39,836 nt of DNA, taken from sequence record OZ035739.1, one strand, 5' to 3'. The translations under genes and the position numbers were made by a program. The DNA is from Kayfunavirus AN24P4. Positions 6,347 through 16,587 of this stretch are shown here, one piece after another. Below the pieces are notes generated by a model. The model was not told the DNA's origin. It saw only the letters and a list, made by a program, of their open reading frames with translations, and searched no databases. Numbering within the stretch: the first letter of the stretch is position 1; each line of letters begins with the position of its first letter.

Positions 6347-9028
6347 ATGAGCGTCATCTCTATTGACAAACACGACTTCTCTGATGTGTCTAACGCCATT
6401 GAGCCGTTTAACCTGCTGGCTGACCACTACGGGCAAGACCTTGCAGTCAAACAGCTTCAGCTTGAGCACGAGGCATACACTGAAGGCGAGCGACGTTTCA
6501 TCAAAAACCTTGAGCGACAGACTGAGCGCGGGGAACTGGCAGACAATCAGGTAGCCCAGCCTTTGATGCAGACTCTGGTCCCTAAGATTGCGCAAGCCGT
6601 CAGGGAGTGGCATGAAGGTCCAGACGGGAAGCTGTCAACCTCTCGTCCGAGCGTATCGTTCACCATGTTAAGCACTGAAGAGAAGGCCGTCAAGGACCGC
6701 TCTCTTCGCATCTCCTGCGAGTCTGCTGCGGTTATCATACTGAAGGTCATCCTCTCCAAGCTGGTCAAGCCTGAAGGTATACCGATTACACCGATGGCCT
6801 CCGCGATAGGTCGCACACTTGAGGATGAAATCCGATTCGGTCGCATTCGTGACAAGGAGAAGGAGCACTTCAAGAAGGCGATAGCTGATAACCTGAACAA
6901 GAGAGCCGGGGCATCATACAAGAAAGCCTACATGCAAGCGGTCGAGACATCCATGCTGGAGCAAGGCCAACTAGAAGATGCGTGGGGAACTTGGAGTCCG
7001 ACCGAGGCTGTCCACGTTGGAATCAAGATGCTGGAGATTGTCATCCAGTCAACACAACTGGTCGAGCTTAAGCGTTACGGTGCTGGCAATGCAGCGGCTG
7101 ACGTTGAGATGGTCCACCTGTCAGACTTCTGGGTCAAGAAGATGGCACAACGCGGCTTCAGCCTTGCGGGTATCGCTCCAGTCTACCAACCTTGCGTAGT
7201 TCCACCTAAGCCGTGGACTGGTGTCGTAGGCGGGGGGTACTGGGCCAAAGGTCGCAGACCATTACCACTGATTCGCTTAGGGTCTAAGTCTGCGGTGGAA
7301 CGTTACGAAGACGTGTATATGCCTGAAGTCTATGACGCTGTTAACATCATCCAGAATACACCTTGGAAAGTGAACAAGAAGGTTCTGGACGTGGTGAACA
7401 TGGTCGAGAAGTTGAACAACACGCCTATTGATGACATCCCTCAGATGGAGCCACTGAAGCCTGAAGAATATGCGGGTGAGACTGAAGAGGAACTCAAGGC
7501 GTGGAAGAAAGCGGCTGCTGGTATCTATCGCCGCGAGAAGGCCAGACAGTCACGCAGGTTGTCGCTGAGCTTTATCGTTAACCAAGCGAACAAGTTCTCT
7601 CAGTTCAAGGCCATCTGGTTCCCGTATAACATGGACTGGCGCGGTCGCGTCTACGCTGTGCCGATGTTCAACCCTCAGGGTAACGACATGCAAAAGGGTC
7701 TCCTGACTCTGGCAGTCGGTAAGCCTATTGGTGCTGATGGTTTCAAATGGCTGAAGGTCCACGGGGCAAACTGTGCGGGTGTCGATAAAGTCACCTTCGA
7801 GGAGCGCATCAAGTGGGTGGAAGACAACCACGACAACATCATGGCTGCTGCTAAGGCACCGATGGATAGCATTGAGTGGTGGGGCAAGTTAGACTCTCCT
7901 TTCTGCTTCCTTGCGTTCTGCTTCGAGTATGCTGGCGTGATGCACCACGGATTGTCTTACTCCTGCTCGCTGCCGATAGCTTTCGATGGGTCCTGCTCTG
8001 GGATTCAGCACTTCAGCGCTATGCTTCGTGACCACATCGGTGGACATGCAGTAAACCTAACGCCATCCGGTAAGGTCCAAGACATCTACCGCATCGTGTC
8101 TGACCGCATTGAGGAGGAGCTTAAAGTCCTGCTGGTTAACGGCACGGATAACGAGATGGTAACTCACGAGGACAAGAAAACTGGTGAGATTACCGAGCGT
8201 CTCAAGCTGGGGACACGAGAGCTGGCCCGGCAGTGGCTGACTTACGGTATGTCACGCAAGGTTACTAAGCGCTCAGTCATGACTCTGGCCTATGGGTCGA
8301 AAGAGTACGGCTTTGCAGACCAAGTTTACGAGGACATCGTGATGCCAGCGATTGACTCAGGGTCTGGCGCTATGTTCACTGAACCAAGCCAAGCGTCTCG
8401 CTTCATGGCTAAGATGATTTGGGAAGCTGTGAGTGTGACCGTAGTTGCTGCAGTTGACGCGATGAAGTGGCTTCAAGGTGCTGCCAAGCTGCTGGCGGCT
8501 GAAGTGAAGGACAAGAAGACTGGAGAAATCCTGAAGCCTTGCCTTCCGGTACACTGGGTCACACCTGATGGGTTCCCGGTCTGGCAGGAATACCGCAAGA
8601 AGGATACCACTCGTCTGAACCTGATGTTCTTAGGGTCCTTCAACCTTCAGCCTACCGTCAACAAAGGCACGAAGAAGGAGTTGGATAAGCACAAGCAGGA
8701 GTCAGGAATTAGCCCGAACTTCGTCCACTCACAAGATGGTAGCCATCTCCGCAAGACTGTAGTCCACACTCACCGCAAGTATGGCGTGATGTCATTCGCA
8801 GTGATTCACGATAGCTTCGGGACCATCCCGGCTGACGCTGAGTATCTGTTCCGTGGTGTCCGTGAGACGATGGTCGAGACCTACCGCGATAACGATGTGC
8901 TGCTTGACTTCTACGAGCAGTTTGAATACCAACTTCATGAGAGCCAGCGCGACAAGTTGCCTGAGCTTCCGAAGAAAGGTAAACTGAATATTGAGGACAT
9001 TCTATCTTCAGACTTTGCATTCGCTTAA
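6347..9028 (+). CDS. single-subunit DNA-dependent RNA polymerase (T7 gp1-like)
   Basis: 893-aa ORF collinear with T7 RNAP over its whole length (FGRIRD, PWTG..GGGYWA, FPYNMDWRGRVYA, GIQHFSAMLRD, HDSFGT, C-terminal SDFAFA). Confidence 0.97.
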   Translation: MSVISIDKHDFSDVSNAIEPFNLLADHYGQDLAVKQLQLEHEAYTEGERRFIKNLERQTERGELADNQVAQPLMQTLVPKIAQAVREWHEGPDGKLSTSRPSVSFTMLSTEEKAVKDRSLRISCESAAVIILKVILSKLVKPEGIPITPMASAIGRTLEDEIRFGRIRDKEKEHFKKAIADNLNKRAGASYKKAYMQAVETSMLEQGQLEDAWGTWSPTEAVHVGIKMLEIVIQSTQLVELKRYGAGNAAADVEMVHLSDFWVKKMAQRGFSLAGIAPVYQPCVVPPKPWTGVVGGGYWAKGRRPLPLIRLGSKSAVERYEDVYMPEVYDAVNIIQNTPWKVNKKVLDVVNMVEKLNNTPIDDIPQMEPLKPEEYAGETEEELKAWKKAAAGIYRREKARQSRRLSLSFIVNQANKFSQFKAIWFPYNMDWRGRVYAVPMFNPQGNDMQKGLLTLAVGKPIGADGFKWLKVHGANCAGVDKVTFEERIKWVEDNHDNIMAAAKAPMDSIEWWGKLDSPFCFLAFCFEYAGVMHHGLSYSCSLPIAFDGSCSGIQHFSAMLRDHIGGHAVNLTPSGKVQDIYRIVSDRIEEELKVLLVNGTDNEMVTHEDKKTGEITERLKLGTRELARQWLTYGMSRKVTKRSVMTLAYGSKEYGFADQVYEDIVMPAIDSGSGAMFTEPSQASRFMAKMIWEAVSVTVVAAVDAMKWLQGAAKLLAAEVKDKKTGEILKPCLPVHWVTPDGFPVWQEYRKKDTTRLNLMFLGSFNLQPTVNKGTKKELDKHKQESGISPNFVHSQDGSHLRKTVVHTHRKYGVMSFAVIHDSFGTIPADAEYLFRGVRETMVETYRDNDVLLDFYEQFEYQLHESQRDKLPELPKKGKLNIEDILSSDFAFA

Positions 9029-9044
9029 TAACAGGAGAGACAAC

Positions 9045-9245
9045 ATGCAATTCGAACACCGTGTATCAAACGTACCTGGTGGTAACAAGGTCGTAACAGT
9101 AACAATGGCGGCTGGCAAGGGTCTATTCAAAGTTACTATGGTCCCGACTGGAACGGCTAAGGCCAAAGGTATCAGCCAGAAGGAGCTGATTCAGGTAATC
9201 CAGTGGTCGCACGAGAAGGCCCTACGGGAAGAGGCAACCAAATGA
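9045..9245 (+). CDS. hypothetical protein (66 aa) immediately after RNAP
   Basis: Internal ATG at 9045 with RBS caggagag; ORF-track start 8991 overlaps RNAP and is unlikely. Confidence 0.5.
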   Translation: MQFEHRVSNVPGGNKVVTVTMAAGKGLFKVTMVPTGTAKAKGISQKELIQVIQWSHEKALREEATK

Positions 9246-9320
9246 CAGACCTACAGTTACTGGCCTTGTGGCTGGGAGCACTAGCAGTATTCATTTTAGT
9301 CCAACGCAGAAGAGGTTAAC

Positions 9321-9343
9321 CCTAAACTATCACTATAGGATTA
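9321..9343 (+). promoter_or_regulatory. phage RNAP promoter (phi1.1-like)
   Basis: cctaaactatcactataGGAtta; +1 about 9338. Confidence 0.75.
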
Positions 9344-9385
9344 GACTCAAGGTCATGACTCAAAGTCGTGGCCTTCATGATTAAC
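9341..9385 (+). promoter_or_regulatory. RNase III-type processing hairpin (R1.1-like), copy 2
   Basis: ttagactcaaggtcatgactcaaagtcgtggccttcatgattaac; same arms as copies at 297 and 16527. Confidence 0.5.
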
Positions 9386-9416
9386 CCTAAATAAACACTA
9401 CTGGAGATTTAACCGT

Positions 9417-9596
9417 ATGTATCAGAACACTATCAACTTCGAGCGCATCCGTGAACGTCAGCAGACTGAAGGTTACATCCCGAAGGGCCGCAAGCTGAAC
9501 AAGACCAAGCGTGGCGGTGGTATCAAAGGCGCTTTCCGAAACGCTGAAGGTAAAGACTCTCTGGTCAACCAAGAGAAATACTTCGTAGGAGCATAA
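9417..9596 (+). CDS. gp1.1-like small basic protein
   Basis: 59-aa ORF (below ORF-track cutoff); basic RKLNKTKRG motif as in T7 gp1.1; precedes the gp1.2 homolog. Confidence 0.65.
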   Translation: MYQNTINFERIRERQQTEGYIPKGRKLNKTKRGGGIKGAFRNAEGKDSLVNQEKYFVGA

Positions 9597-9600
9597 CTCT

Positions 9601-9858
9601 ATGGGCCGACTTTATAGTGGCAACCTCAACGCTTTCAGAGCAGCGTGTAACAGGCTTTATCAGTTAGACTTCTGCGTGATACAGCAGGACTGGTACGACG
9701 CGCATCTTCGGAAAGAGTGCATGAGACTTCAAGTCGAGGACCGAGCTGGTAACATCTTCGCGCTTAAGACCTTCGCACACCGCGATGAAGACGTACTGTA
9801 CAACACTGCAACAGGCTTCATTAACTGTCTCGCTAACCAACTCGACACATGGAGATAA
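9601..9858 (+). CDS. gp1.2-like dGTPase (Dgt) inhibitor
   Basis: 85-aa ORF strongly similar to T7 gp1.2 (MGRLYSGNL.AF.AA.N.L.QLD..VI..DWYDA...K.C.RL..EDR.GN). Confidence 0.85.
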   Translation: MGRLYSGNLNAFRAACNRLYQLDFCVIQQDWYDAHLRKECMRLQVEDRAGNIFALKTFAHRDEDVLYNTATGFINCLANQLDTWR

Positions 9859-9862
9859 CACA

Positions 9863-10948
9863 ATGACAACTATTAAAACTAACCCGCACCGCTCTGTAGA
9901 TTACTCTGAGTCTGGCGTTAAGAAGGCTTTGGAAGCTGCCGGGTCTCTCGAAGCTGAAGTGAAGTACGATGGTGTCCGGTTGAACCTTCCGGTCTTCCCT
10001 ACTGGTGAGACTCAATGGTTGAGCCGTGAGTCTAAACCTCTTCCAGCCTTGGAGTGGATGAACTCTGAGTTAGGTAATGCGTGGACCCAAGCTGACTGGC
10101 GATGGTTCCTGCGTCAAGCTGGCTACGAAGGCGTGGGCTTGATGATTGATGGCGAGGTAATGGTCAAAGGCGTGGACTTCAATACCTCCTCAGGTCTCAT
10201 CCGAACGAAGTGGCTCAAGCCTAACAACGAGGAGTTCGCTGAATACTATTCGCCGGGCCGTGGAAAGAAGCTCCCGTTCTGGGGAGCCAGGTCACGACTT
10301 CAGGTTGTGGTATATGGCGTTGTCGATATGACAACCATAGCAGACCCGAAAGCAGAAGGTCCTATCCATAGCGTAACCCGCCTGAAGGCTGAAGCTATCG
10401 TCCCTCTCCTCCAGAAATACTTCCCGGAAATCGACTGGGTTCTGTCTGAGTCACACACGGTCTATGACCTTGAGTCGCTCAACTCCCTGTACGAACAGAA
10501 GCGTCTGGAAGGACATGAGGGTCTGGTAGTCAAGGACCCACTGGGTAAGTACAAGCGTGGCAAGAAGTCTGGCATGTGGAAAATGAAGCCTGAGGAGACC
10601 ATCGACGGGACCGTGTGTGGCCTCGTGTGGGGGACTCCTGGTAAGGCTAACGAAGGTAAGGTCATCGGCTTTGAGGTTCTACTGGAGGATGGCATGGTGG
10701 TCAACGCCTGTGGTCTGACTGAAGAACAGAAGGACGAGTTTACGGCTAAGGTCAAGGAGGACACGCTTGCTGCGGTTGGCATCTTTGCGCCGTACGGCAT
10801 TGGTGGTAACGAACCTTGCTTCGATAACCCATACGAAGGCTGGCAGTGTGAAGTCCTCTTCATGGAGAGGTTCCCTGATGGCTCCCTTCGTCACCCCAGC
10901 TTCAAGTGCTGGCGTGGAACCGAAGACAACCCAACGGTGAAGTCATGA
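9863..10948 (+). CDS. ATP-dependent DNA ligase (T7 gp1.3-like)
   Basis: Start at internal ATG 9863 (RBS ggaga); IKTNP, KYDGVR (adenylation Lys motif), EGHEGLVVKDP, WKMKPE, GSLRHPSF collinear with T7 ligase. Confidence 0.92.
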   Translation: MTTIKTNPHRSVDYSESGVKKALEAAGSLEAEVKYDGVRLNLPVFPTGETQWLSRESKPLPALEWMNSELGNAWTQADWRWFLRQAGYEGVGLMIDGEVMVKGVDFNTSSGLIRTKWLKPNNEEFAEYYSPGRGKKLPFWGARSRLQVVVYGVVDMTTIADPKAEGPIHSVTRLKAEAIVPLLQKYFPEIDWVLSESHTVYDLESLNSLYEQKRLEGHEGLVVKDPLGKYKRGKKSGMWKMKPEETIDGTVCGLVWGTPGKANEGKVIGFEVLLEDGMVVNACGLTEEQKDEFTAKVKEDTLAAVGIFAPYGIGGNEPCFDNPYEGWQCEVLFMERFPDGSLRHPSFKCWRGTEDNPTVKS

Positions 10949-11124
10949 GTACACAACTTTATATCAACATAGCAAGTGGTCAACTCTACGCTGTGGTAAA
11001 TGGCGAGCTGTGGTATCGTAAACTCAAGAAGTGGGCCAAGTCCTACTACGATGAAGAGACAATATCAACCATGAGTCATCGCTACCGTAAGGCTGCTAAG
11101 GTGAACAACTTTAAGATGCGTTAA
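10945..11124 (+). CDS. small protein (59 aa), gene 1.4/1.5 position
   Basis: ATG overlaps ligase stop (ATGA); assignment by position only. Confidence 0.45.
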   Translation: MSTQLYINIASGQLYAVVNGELWYRKLKKWAKSYYDEETISTMSHRYRKAAKVNNFKMR

Positions 11125-11128
11125 CGTC

Positions 11129-11167
11129 AACCCAGTGGTCTTAGGACTGCTGGGTTTCTTTGCTTCT
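11129..11167 (+). terminator. putative intrinsic terminator for host RNAP (TE-like)
   Basis: aacccagtggtc-ttag-gactgctgggtt: 12-bp stem with two G-U pairs and a tetraloop, followed by tctttgcttct. Confidence 0.45.
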
Positions 11168-11183
11168 GGGCCACCAGCTAGAC

Positions 11184-11206
11184 CCTAAGCTATCACTATA
11201 GGACAA
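11184..11206 (+). promoter_or_regulatory. phage RNAP promoter (phi1.5/1.6-like)
   Basis: ccctaagctatcactataGGAcaa; +1 about 11201. Confidence 0.7.
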
Positions 11207-11232
11207 CCCTAACCGACCAAAGGAGAAACCTT

Positions 11233-11487
11233 ATGTCTAAAAACTTAATGTTCAACCGATTTACTCGAAGCTTCCACCTGTCGCATAGCCCATTCAGCTT
11301 CCATAAAGCTAATCAACCATTACCCCGCTTTGGTAAGACAGTGGCTCTGTCTCCAGCAGTTCATGCGCTAGTCACCCGCAAGTCTATGCTGAAGGCTATG
11401 GATAAAGAACAAGTTGATGTGCCTGTGGTCATTACAAAATGGCCTCGCATTAAGCTGGCACTTCTGGTAATTAAGGAGGCGCTCTGA
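11233..11487 (+). CDS. gp1.6-like protein
   Basis: 84-aa ORF; resembles T7 gp1.6 as far as I recall (LSPAVHALVTR, C-terminal LLVIKEAL); my recollection of that protein is imperfect. Confidence 0.55.
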   Translation: MSKNLMFNRFTRSFHLSHSPFSFHKANQPLPRFGKTVALSPAVHALVTRKSMLKAMDKEQVDVPVVITKWPRIKLALLVIKEAL

Positions 11488-11819
11488 TGACATACTGTGA
11501 TAGCACCACATACTGTGAAGCGTGTAATGGTGACGACCGCTTCCCGCACGTTGGTAAACTTGTAGGTAACAAACTACAAGAAATTGATGACGTCCGCAAG
11601 CCGTCCCACTATCAGGTCTTTGATAGCGTGGAATCCATTGAGATTATCGCACGGTCAATGACTGTGAGTGAGTTCCGTGGGTTCTGCATGGGTAACGTCC
11701 TGAAGTATCGACTCCGGGCTGGTAAGAAGTCCGAACTGGCTACTATGGAGAAGGACCTGAACAAAGCATCCTTCTATCAGAAGCTGTTCGACTTGCATAA
11801 AGGTAAGTGCTATGCTTAA
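11487..11819 (+). CDS. gp1.7-like nucleotide kinase (C-terminal-type domain)
   Basis: 110 aa; KPSHYQVFDSVESIEIIARSMTVSEFRGFCMGNVLKYRLRAGKKSELA..EKDL.KA.FY..LF..HKGKCYA closely matches the T7 gp1.7 C-terminal half. Confidence 0.7.
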   Translation: MTYCDSTTYCEACNGDDRFPHVGKLVGNKLQEIDDVRKPSHYQVFDSVESIEIIARSMTVSEFRGFCMGNVLKYRLRAGKKSELATMEKDLNKASFYQKLFDLHKGKCYA

Positions 11820-11899
11820 TGATATTGTGTATTACTGTGTAGTATGCGCCGGAGTTGGAGCACTAATCCTTTTAATATATTGGGCCATAGAGGTGTAAT

Positions 11900-11998
11900 A
11901 TGGAAAAGCCGAGTGAGTGGTGCGAGCGTAAATTTGAGGAGACAGGTAACGTCGATTACCTTCAGCTCTACAACTTATGGAAGGAGCGTGGTCTATGA
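11900..11998 (+). CDS. gp1.8-like small protein (32 aa)
   Basis: [11 protein letters not shown]...[12 protein letters not shown] resembles T7 gp1.8; stop overlaps the next gene start. Confidence 0.45.
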   Translation: MEKPSEWCERKFEETGNVDYLQLYNLWKERGL

Positions 11999-12153
11999 CT
12001 GACGTAGAGAAGAAGTACATCGTGGAGCTTGAGGGTCGCATTCAGTCCTTCGAGGTTCCGGTGTACGCAAAGTCTCTTGAAGAGGCTACCCTGAAGTCCC
12101 AAGAGTATGAGGACGCTGGGTTTGTGGTCGGACGGATTCGCCCTGAGACCTAA
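11995..12153 (+). CDS. gp2-like host RNA polymerase inhibitor
   Basis: 52 aa; [14 protein letters not shown] and C-terminal GF.V.R.RP resemble T7 gp2. Confidence 0.6.
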   Translation: MTDVEKKYIVELEGRIQSFEVPVYAKSLEEATLKSQEYEDAGFVVGRIRPET

Positions 12154-12171
12154 ACTATCACTGTAGGACAG
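12149..12171 (+). promoter_or_regulatory. phage RNAP promoter variant (phi2.5-like)
   Basis: cctaaactatcactGtaGGAcag; one substitution at about -3 relative to the consensus. Confidence 0.55.
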
Positions 12172-12210
12172 ACGTCCAGTTCGTAACTTTAAATTAGGAG
12201 ATTTACACCG

Positions 12211-12909
12211 ATGGCTAAAGAGCAACTGAAGACTTTCACCACTCCGGTAGCTGGTATCGTTGAGCCTTACGCATGGCTGAACAAAGCAGACACCAAGTTT
12301 AATGAGCGTGGTGAGCATAAGGTTAACCTGACTTTCAGTCTGGATGACCCGAAGGTCCGTAAGATGATTGATGTCTTACAGAAGATTCACGACGATGCGT
12401 ATGCGAAAGCACTCGCAGACCACGAGAAGAACCCACCTCAGGTTCAGCGTGGCAAGAAGCCTATCGAGCCGCGCGAAGGCGATATGCCGTGGATTGAGAA
12501 TGGGGACGGTACTGTTACCATGAAGTTTAAATGCTTTGCGTCTTACCTGAAAGACGGCAAGTCAGAGCCTATCGTATTACGGTTCTACGACACTGATGCT
12601 AAGTTAATCCGTGACGTCCCGAATATTGGCGCTGGCTCCAAACTGAAGGTCAAGTTCAAAGTCCTGCCGTTCAAGTGGAACGCTGCGACTGGTGCAAGCG
12701 TTAAGCTCCAGCTTGAGTCCTGCCTTCTGGTAGAACTGAAGGAGTGGAAAGGTGATGGTGCTGGTGGTGATGGTGGCTGGGGTGACGATGAAGACCTCGG
12801 TACTGGGTACAAAGCGTCAACCGATGGTGACTTCGGGTCTGATGACTTCGGTGACGATGGTTCCGAAGGTGGTGACGACTCCAGCTCTGGTGGCGATTAC
12901 GACTTCTAA
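12211..12909 (+). CDS. single-stranded DNA-binding protein (T7 gp2.5-like)
   Basis: 232 aa; OB-fold region plus Gly/Asp-rich acidic C-terminal tail ending in F (GGDYDF), the gp2.5 hallmark. Confidence 0.92.
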   Translation: MAKEQLKTFTTPVAGIVEPYAWLNKADTKFNERGEHKVNLTFSLDDPKVRKMIDVLQKIHDDAYAKALADHEKNPPQVQRGKKPIEPREGDMPWIENGDGTVTMKFKCFASYLKDGKSEPIVLRFYDTDAKLIRDVPNIGAGSKLKVKFKVLPFKWNAATGASVKLQLESCLLVELKEWKGDGAGGDGGWGDDEDLGTGYKASTDGDFGSDDFGDDGSEGGDDSSSGGDYDF

Positions 12910-13364
12910 TGGCCCAATGGTCTGCAAAACGGGGGCACTCTGTGGGTGCCTACCGCTCTGGACTTGAAGCCAAGAACCAGCAGTGGCTGGAACAGAACGG
13001 CGTCAAAGCGGAGTACGAAAGCCATTATATCAACTATGTGATTCCGGCTTCCGACCACAAGTACACACCAGATTTTATCCTTCCAAACGGTATCATCGTG
13101 GAGACCAAAGGTATCTTCGATAGTGATGACCGTAAGAAGCACCTTCTGGTACGAGAACAGCACCCAGAGTTAGACATCCGGTTCGTGTTCTCAAGTTCAC
13201 GCTCCAAGCTATACAAAGGGTCCCCGACCACGTATGGCGCATGGTGCGAAAAGAACGGCTTTAAGTTTGCCGACAAGTTTATCCCTGTTGAGTGGCTGCG
13301 AGAGGCGACTGTACGTCTGCCTTCAGGTATACTCATTCCCAAGAAGAAAGGAGTTAAGAAATGA
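12909..13364 (+). CDS. endonuclease I, Holliday-junction resolvase (T7 gp3-like)
   Basis: 151 aa; YVIPAS.H.YTPDF.LPNGI.VETKG...SDDRKKHLL.REQHPELDIR.VFSSSR.KLYKGSPT.YG collinear with T7 gp3. Confidence 0.92.
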   Translation: MAQWSAKRGHSVGAYRSGLEAKNQQWLEQNGVKAEYESHYINYVIPASDHKYTPDFILPNGIIVETKGIFDSDDRKKHLLVREQHPELDIRFVFSSSRSKLYKGSPTTYGAWCEKNGFKFADKFIPVEWLREATVRLPSGILIPKKKGVKK

Positions 13365-13852
13365 GCCAGAAGTTTAAACTGTTAGTAGATATATGTGGTT
13401 GGCCTCGTGGGACTATCGTTACCAAGTGTAAGAAGGGCCCAGCTCCGTTGCCTGGCCTTACCCTAGTTGAGTGCCAGACTCCAGGCAAATACAAACATGG
13501 GCCTAACGGCTTCAATACTCAGCCTAAGGGCATGTGGGGAGCATGGATTGCTGACAGATATATTGAGGAAATCAAACCAGAAGAGGAACTCACTGGTGTA
13601 CAGACCACTCAAGTCCTTCCAGCTTCGAGCGTACCTCCTGTGACAGTGAAACGCGAAGTCCTGACAATCGACAAGATTGGGGTGGGCCAGACGTTCATCG
13701 TCCACGGAAAGCCTGACGAAGTTTACGTGAAGATCAGCAACTCACACGTCTTCAACCATAAGCGTCTCCAGATGCATACCACGGACGCACAACGCTTCAC
13801 CCAGCATCTGAATCTAGTGGTCGTAGAATTGGTGGTGTACAATGGTAAGTAA
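13361..13852 (+). CDS. hypothetical protein (163 aa) inserted between endonuclease I and lysozyme genes
   Basis: ORF overlapping gene 3 stop (ATGA) and overlapping gene 3.5 start; no counterpart in canonical T7 gene order; no recognisable motifs. Confidence 0.65.
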   Translation: MSQKFKLLVDICGWPRGTIVTKCKKGPAPLPGLTLVECQTPGKYKHGPNGFNTQPKGMWGAWIADRYIEEIKPEEELTGVQTTQVLPASSVPPVTVKREVLTIDKIGVGQTFIVHGKPDEVYVKISNSHVFNHKRLQMHTTDAQRFTQHLNLVVVELVVYNGK

Positions 13853-14300
13853 GGTACAGTTCAAACCGCGCAGCCGTACAGACGCAATCTTCGTCCACTG
13901 TAGCGCAACCAAGCCAGAGATGGACATCGGGGTAGAGACCATCCGTATGTGGCACAAGCAGCAAGGCTGGCTGGACGTAGGCTACCACTTTATCATCAAG
14001 CGCGACGGTACTGTGGAAGAGGGTCGCCCGGTCAATGTCGTAGGGTCACACGTTAAGGACTGGAACTCACGGTCTGTAGGCGTCTGCCTTGTAGGTGGAA
14101 TTGACGCTAAGGGCAAGTTTGAAGCTAACTTCACTCCGGCCCAGATGAACTCACTGCGCAACAAGCTGGCTGACCTGAAGGTCCTGTATCCTCAGGCAGA
14201 AATCAAAGCACACCATGACGTAGCACCAAAGGCGTGTCCAAGTTTCGACTTGCAACGCTGGCTGTCTACCAATGAACTGGTAACTTCCGACCACGGTTAA
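13842..14300 (+). CDS. lysozyme / N-acetylmuramoyl-L-alanine amidase, RNAP inhibitor (T7 gp3.5-like)
   Basis: 152 aa; DAIFVHCSATKP, WLDVGYHFIIKRDGTVE, SIGVCLVGGID.KGKF.ANFTPAQM, HH.VAPKACPSFDL nearly identical in pattern to T7 gp3.5. Confidence 0.93.
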   Translation: MVSKVQFKPRSRTDAIFVHCSATKPEMDIGVETIRMWHKQQGWLDVGYHFIIKRDGTVEEGRPVNVVGSHVKDWNSRSVGVCLVGGIDAKGKFEANFTPAQMNSLRNKLADLKVLYPQAEIKAHHDVAPKACPSFDLQRWLSTNELVTSDHG

Positions 14301-14323
14301 TAAACTCTAAAGGAGAACACTCA

Positions 14324-14539
14324 ATGATTAAACTTATCGAATTTCTTGGTCGTCTGGTGGTGCGTGGTTATCGTCGTGCTGCGGTTATGGAACGAAAGGT
14401 AGCAGAGAAGACTGCCGATGGTGCGGCGGATGCTGCTGCTCTGGCTGACAAGCTGACCATCGCGTCACTGGAAGCTGGCATGAAGGCGCGTCAGGCTGAC
14501 ACCAAAGCCGACCAGTTGTCTCAGTTCTTCAAAGCCTAA
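14324..14539 (+). CDS. small conserved T7-group protein (71 aa), N-terminal hydrophobic helix and Ala/Lys-rich C-terminus
   Basis: RBS aaaggaga; MIKLIEFLGRLVV then coiled-coil-like AEKTADGAADAAALADKL, ends QLSQFFKA; resembles a small T7 gene-4-region protein but exact ortholog uncertain. Confidence 0.55.
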   Translation: MIKLIEFLGRLVVRGYRRAAVMERKVAEKTADGAADAAALADKLTIASLEAGMKARQADTKADQLSQFFKA

Positions 14540-14557
14540 ACTATCACCTTAGGGATG
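14535..14557 (+). promoter_or_regulatory. degenerate phage promoter-like sequence upstream of gene 4
   Basis: cctaaactatcacCTtaGGGatg; two substitutions at about -4/-3; probably weak. Confidence 0.35.
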
Positions 14558-14604
14558 GGACCGTGAGTCCTGTCCCTCTGTTCGCATTTGTGATTAAGGA
14601 GTGA

Positions 14605-16308
<1,704 letters not shown>

Positions 16309-16323
16309 ATGTCAATGCCCTGA

Positions 16324-16524
16324 GTGCGATTGGAAGTCACCATACGGAGGACACCATTAGTGTTTAAGAAACTTAAAGCTCGATACCATCGGTTCATGTA
16401 CAAATGGTGGAGCGATGAAGCAACCTGCCTGTCGAACATTCTGGGAGACCAGCGGTTCAACTCTGCGGCATGGAAGAAAGCTAACCGGAAGTTCATGTAT
16501 CACTTCTTGCGTACAGACTTCTAG
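16324..16524 (+). CDS. hypothetical small protein (66 aa), gene 4.3-4.7 position
   Basis: ORF between primase-helicase and DNA polymerase; basic; assignment by position only. Confidence 0.45.
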   Translation: MRLEVTIRRTPLVFKKLKARYHRFMYKWWSDEATCLSNILGDQRFNSAAWKKANRKFMYHFLRTDF

Positions 16525-16526
16525 GT

Positions 16527-16570
16527 CTAGACTCAAGGTCATTCACATCGAGTGGCCTTTATGATTAGAC
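16527..16570 (+). promoter_or_regulatory. RNase III-type processing hairpin (R4.7-like), copy 3
   Basis: ctagactcaaggtcattcacatcgagtggcctttatgattagac; same arms as copies at 297 and 9341. Confidence 0.5.
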
Positions 16571-16587
16571 TAAACGGAGGATTAACC

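Noticed and set aside
9785-9862. N-terminal extension of the ligase ORF (387-aa version)
   Set aside because: The extension overlaps gp1.2 and lacks an RBS. The ATG at 9863 with a ggaga RBS gives an N-terminus (MTTIKTNP) matching the T7 ligase (IKTNPF).
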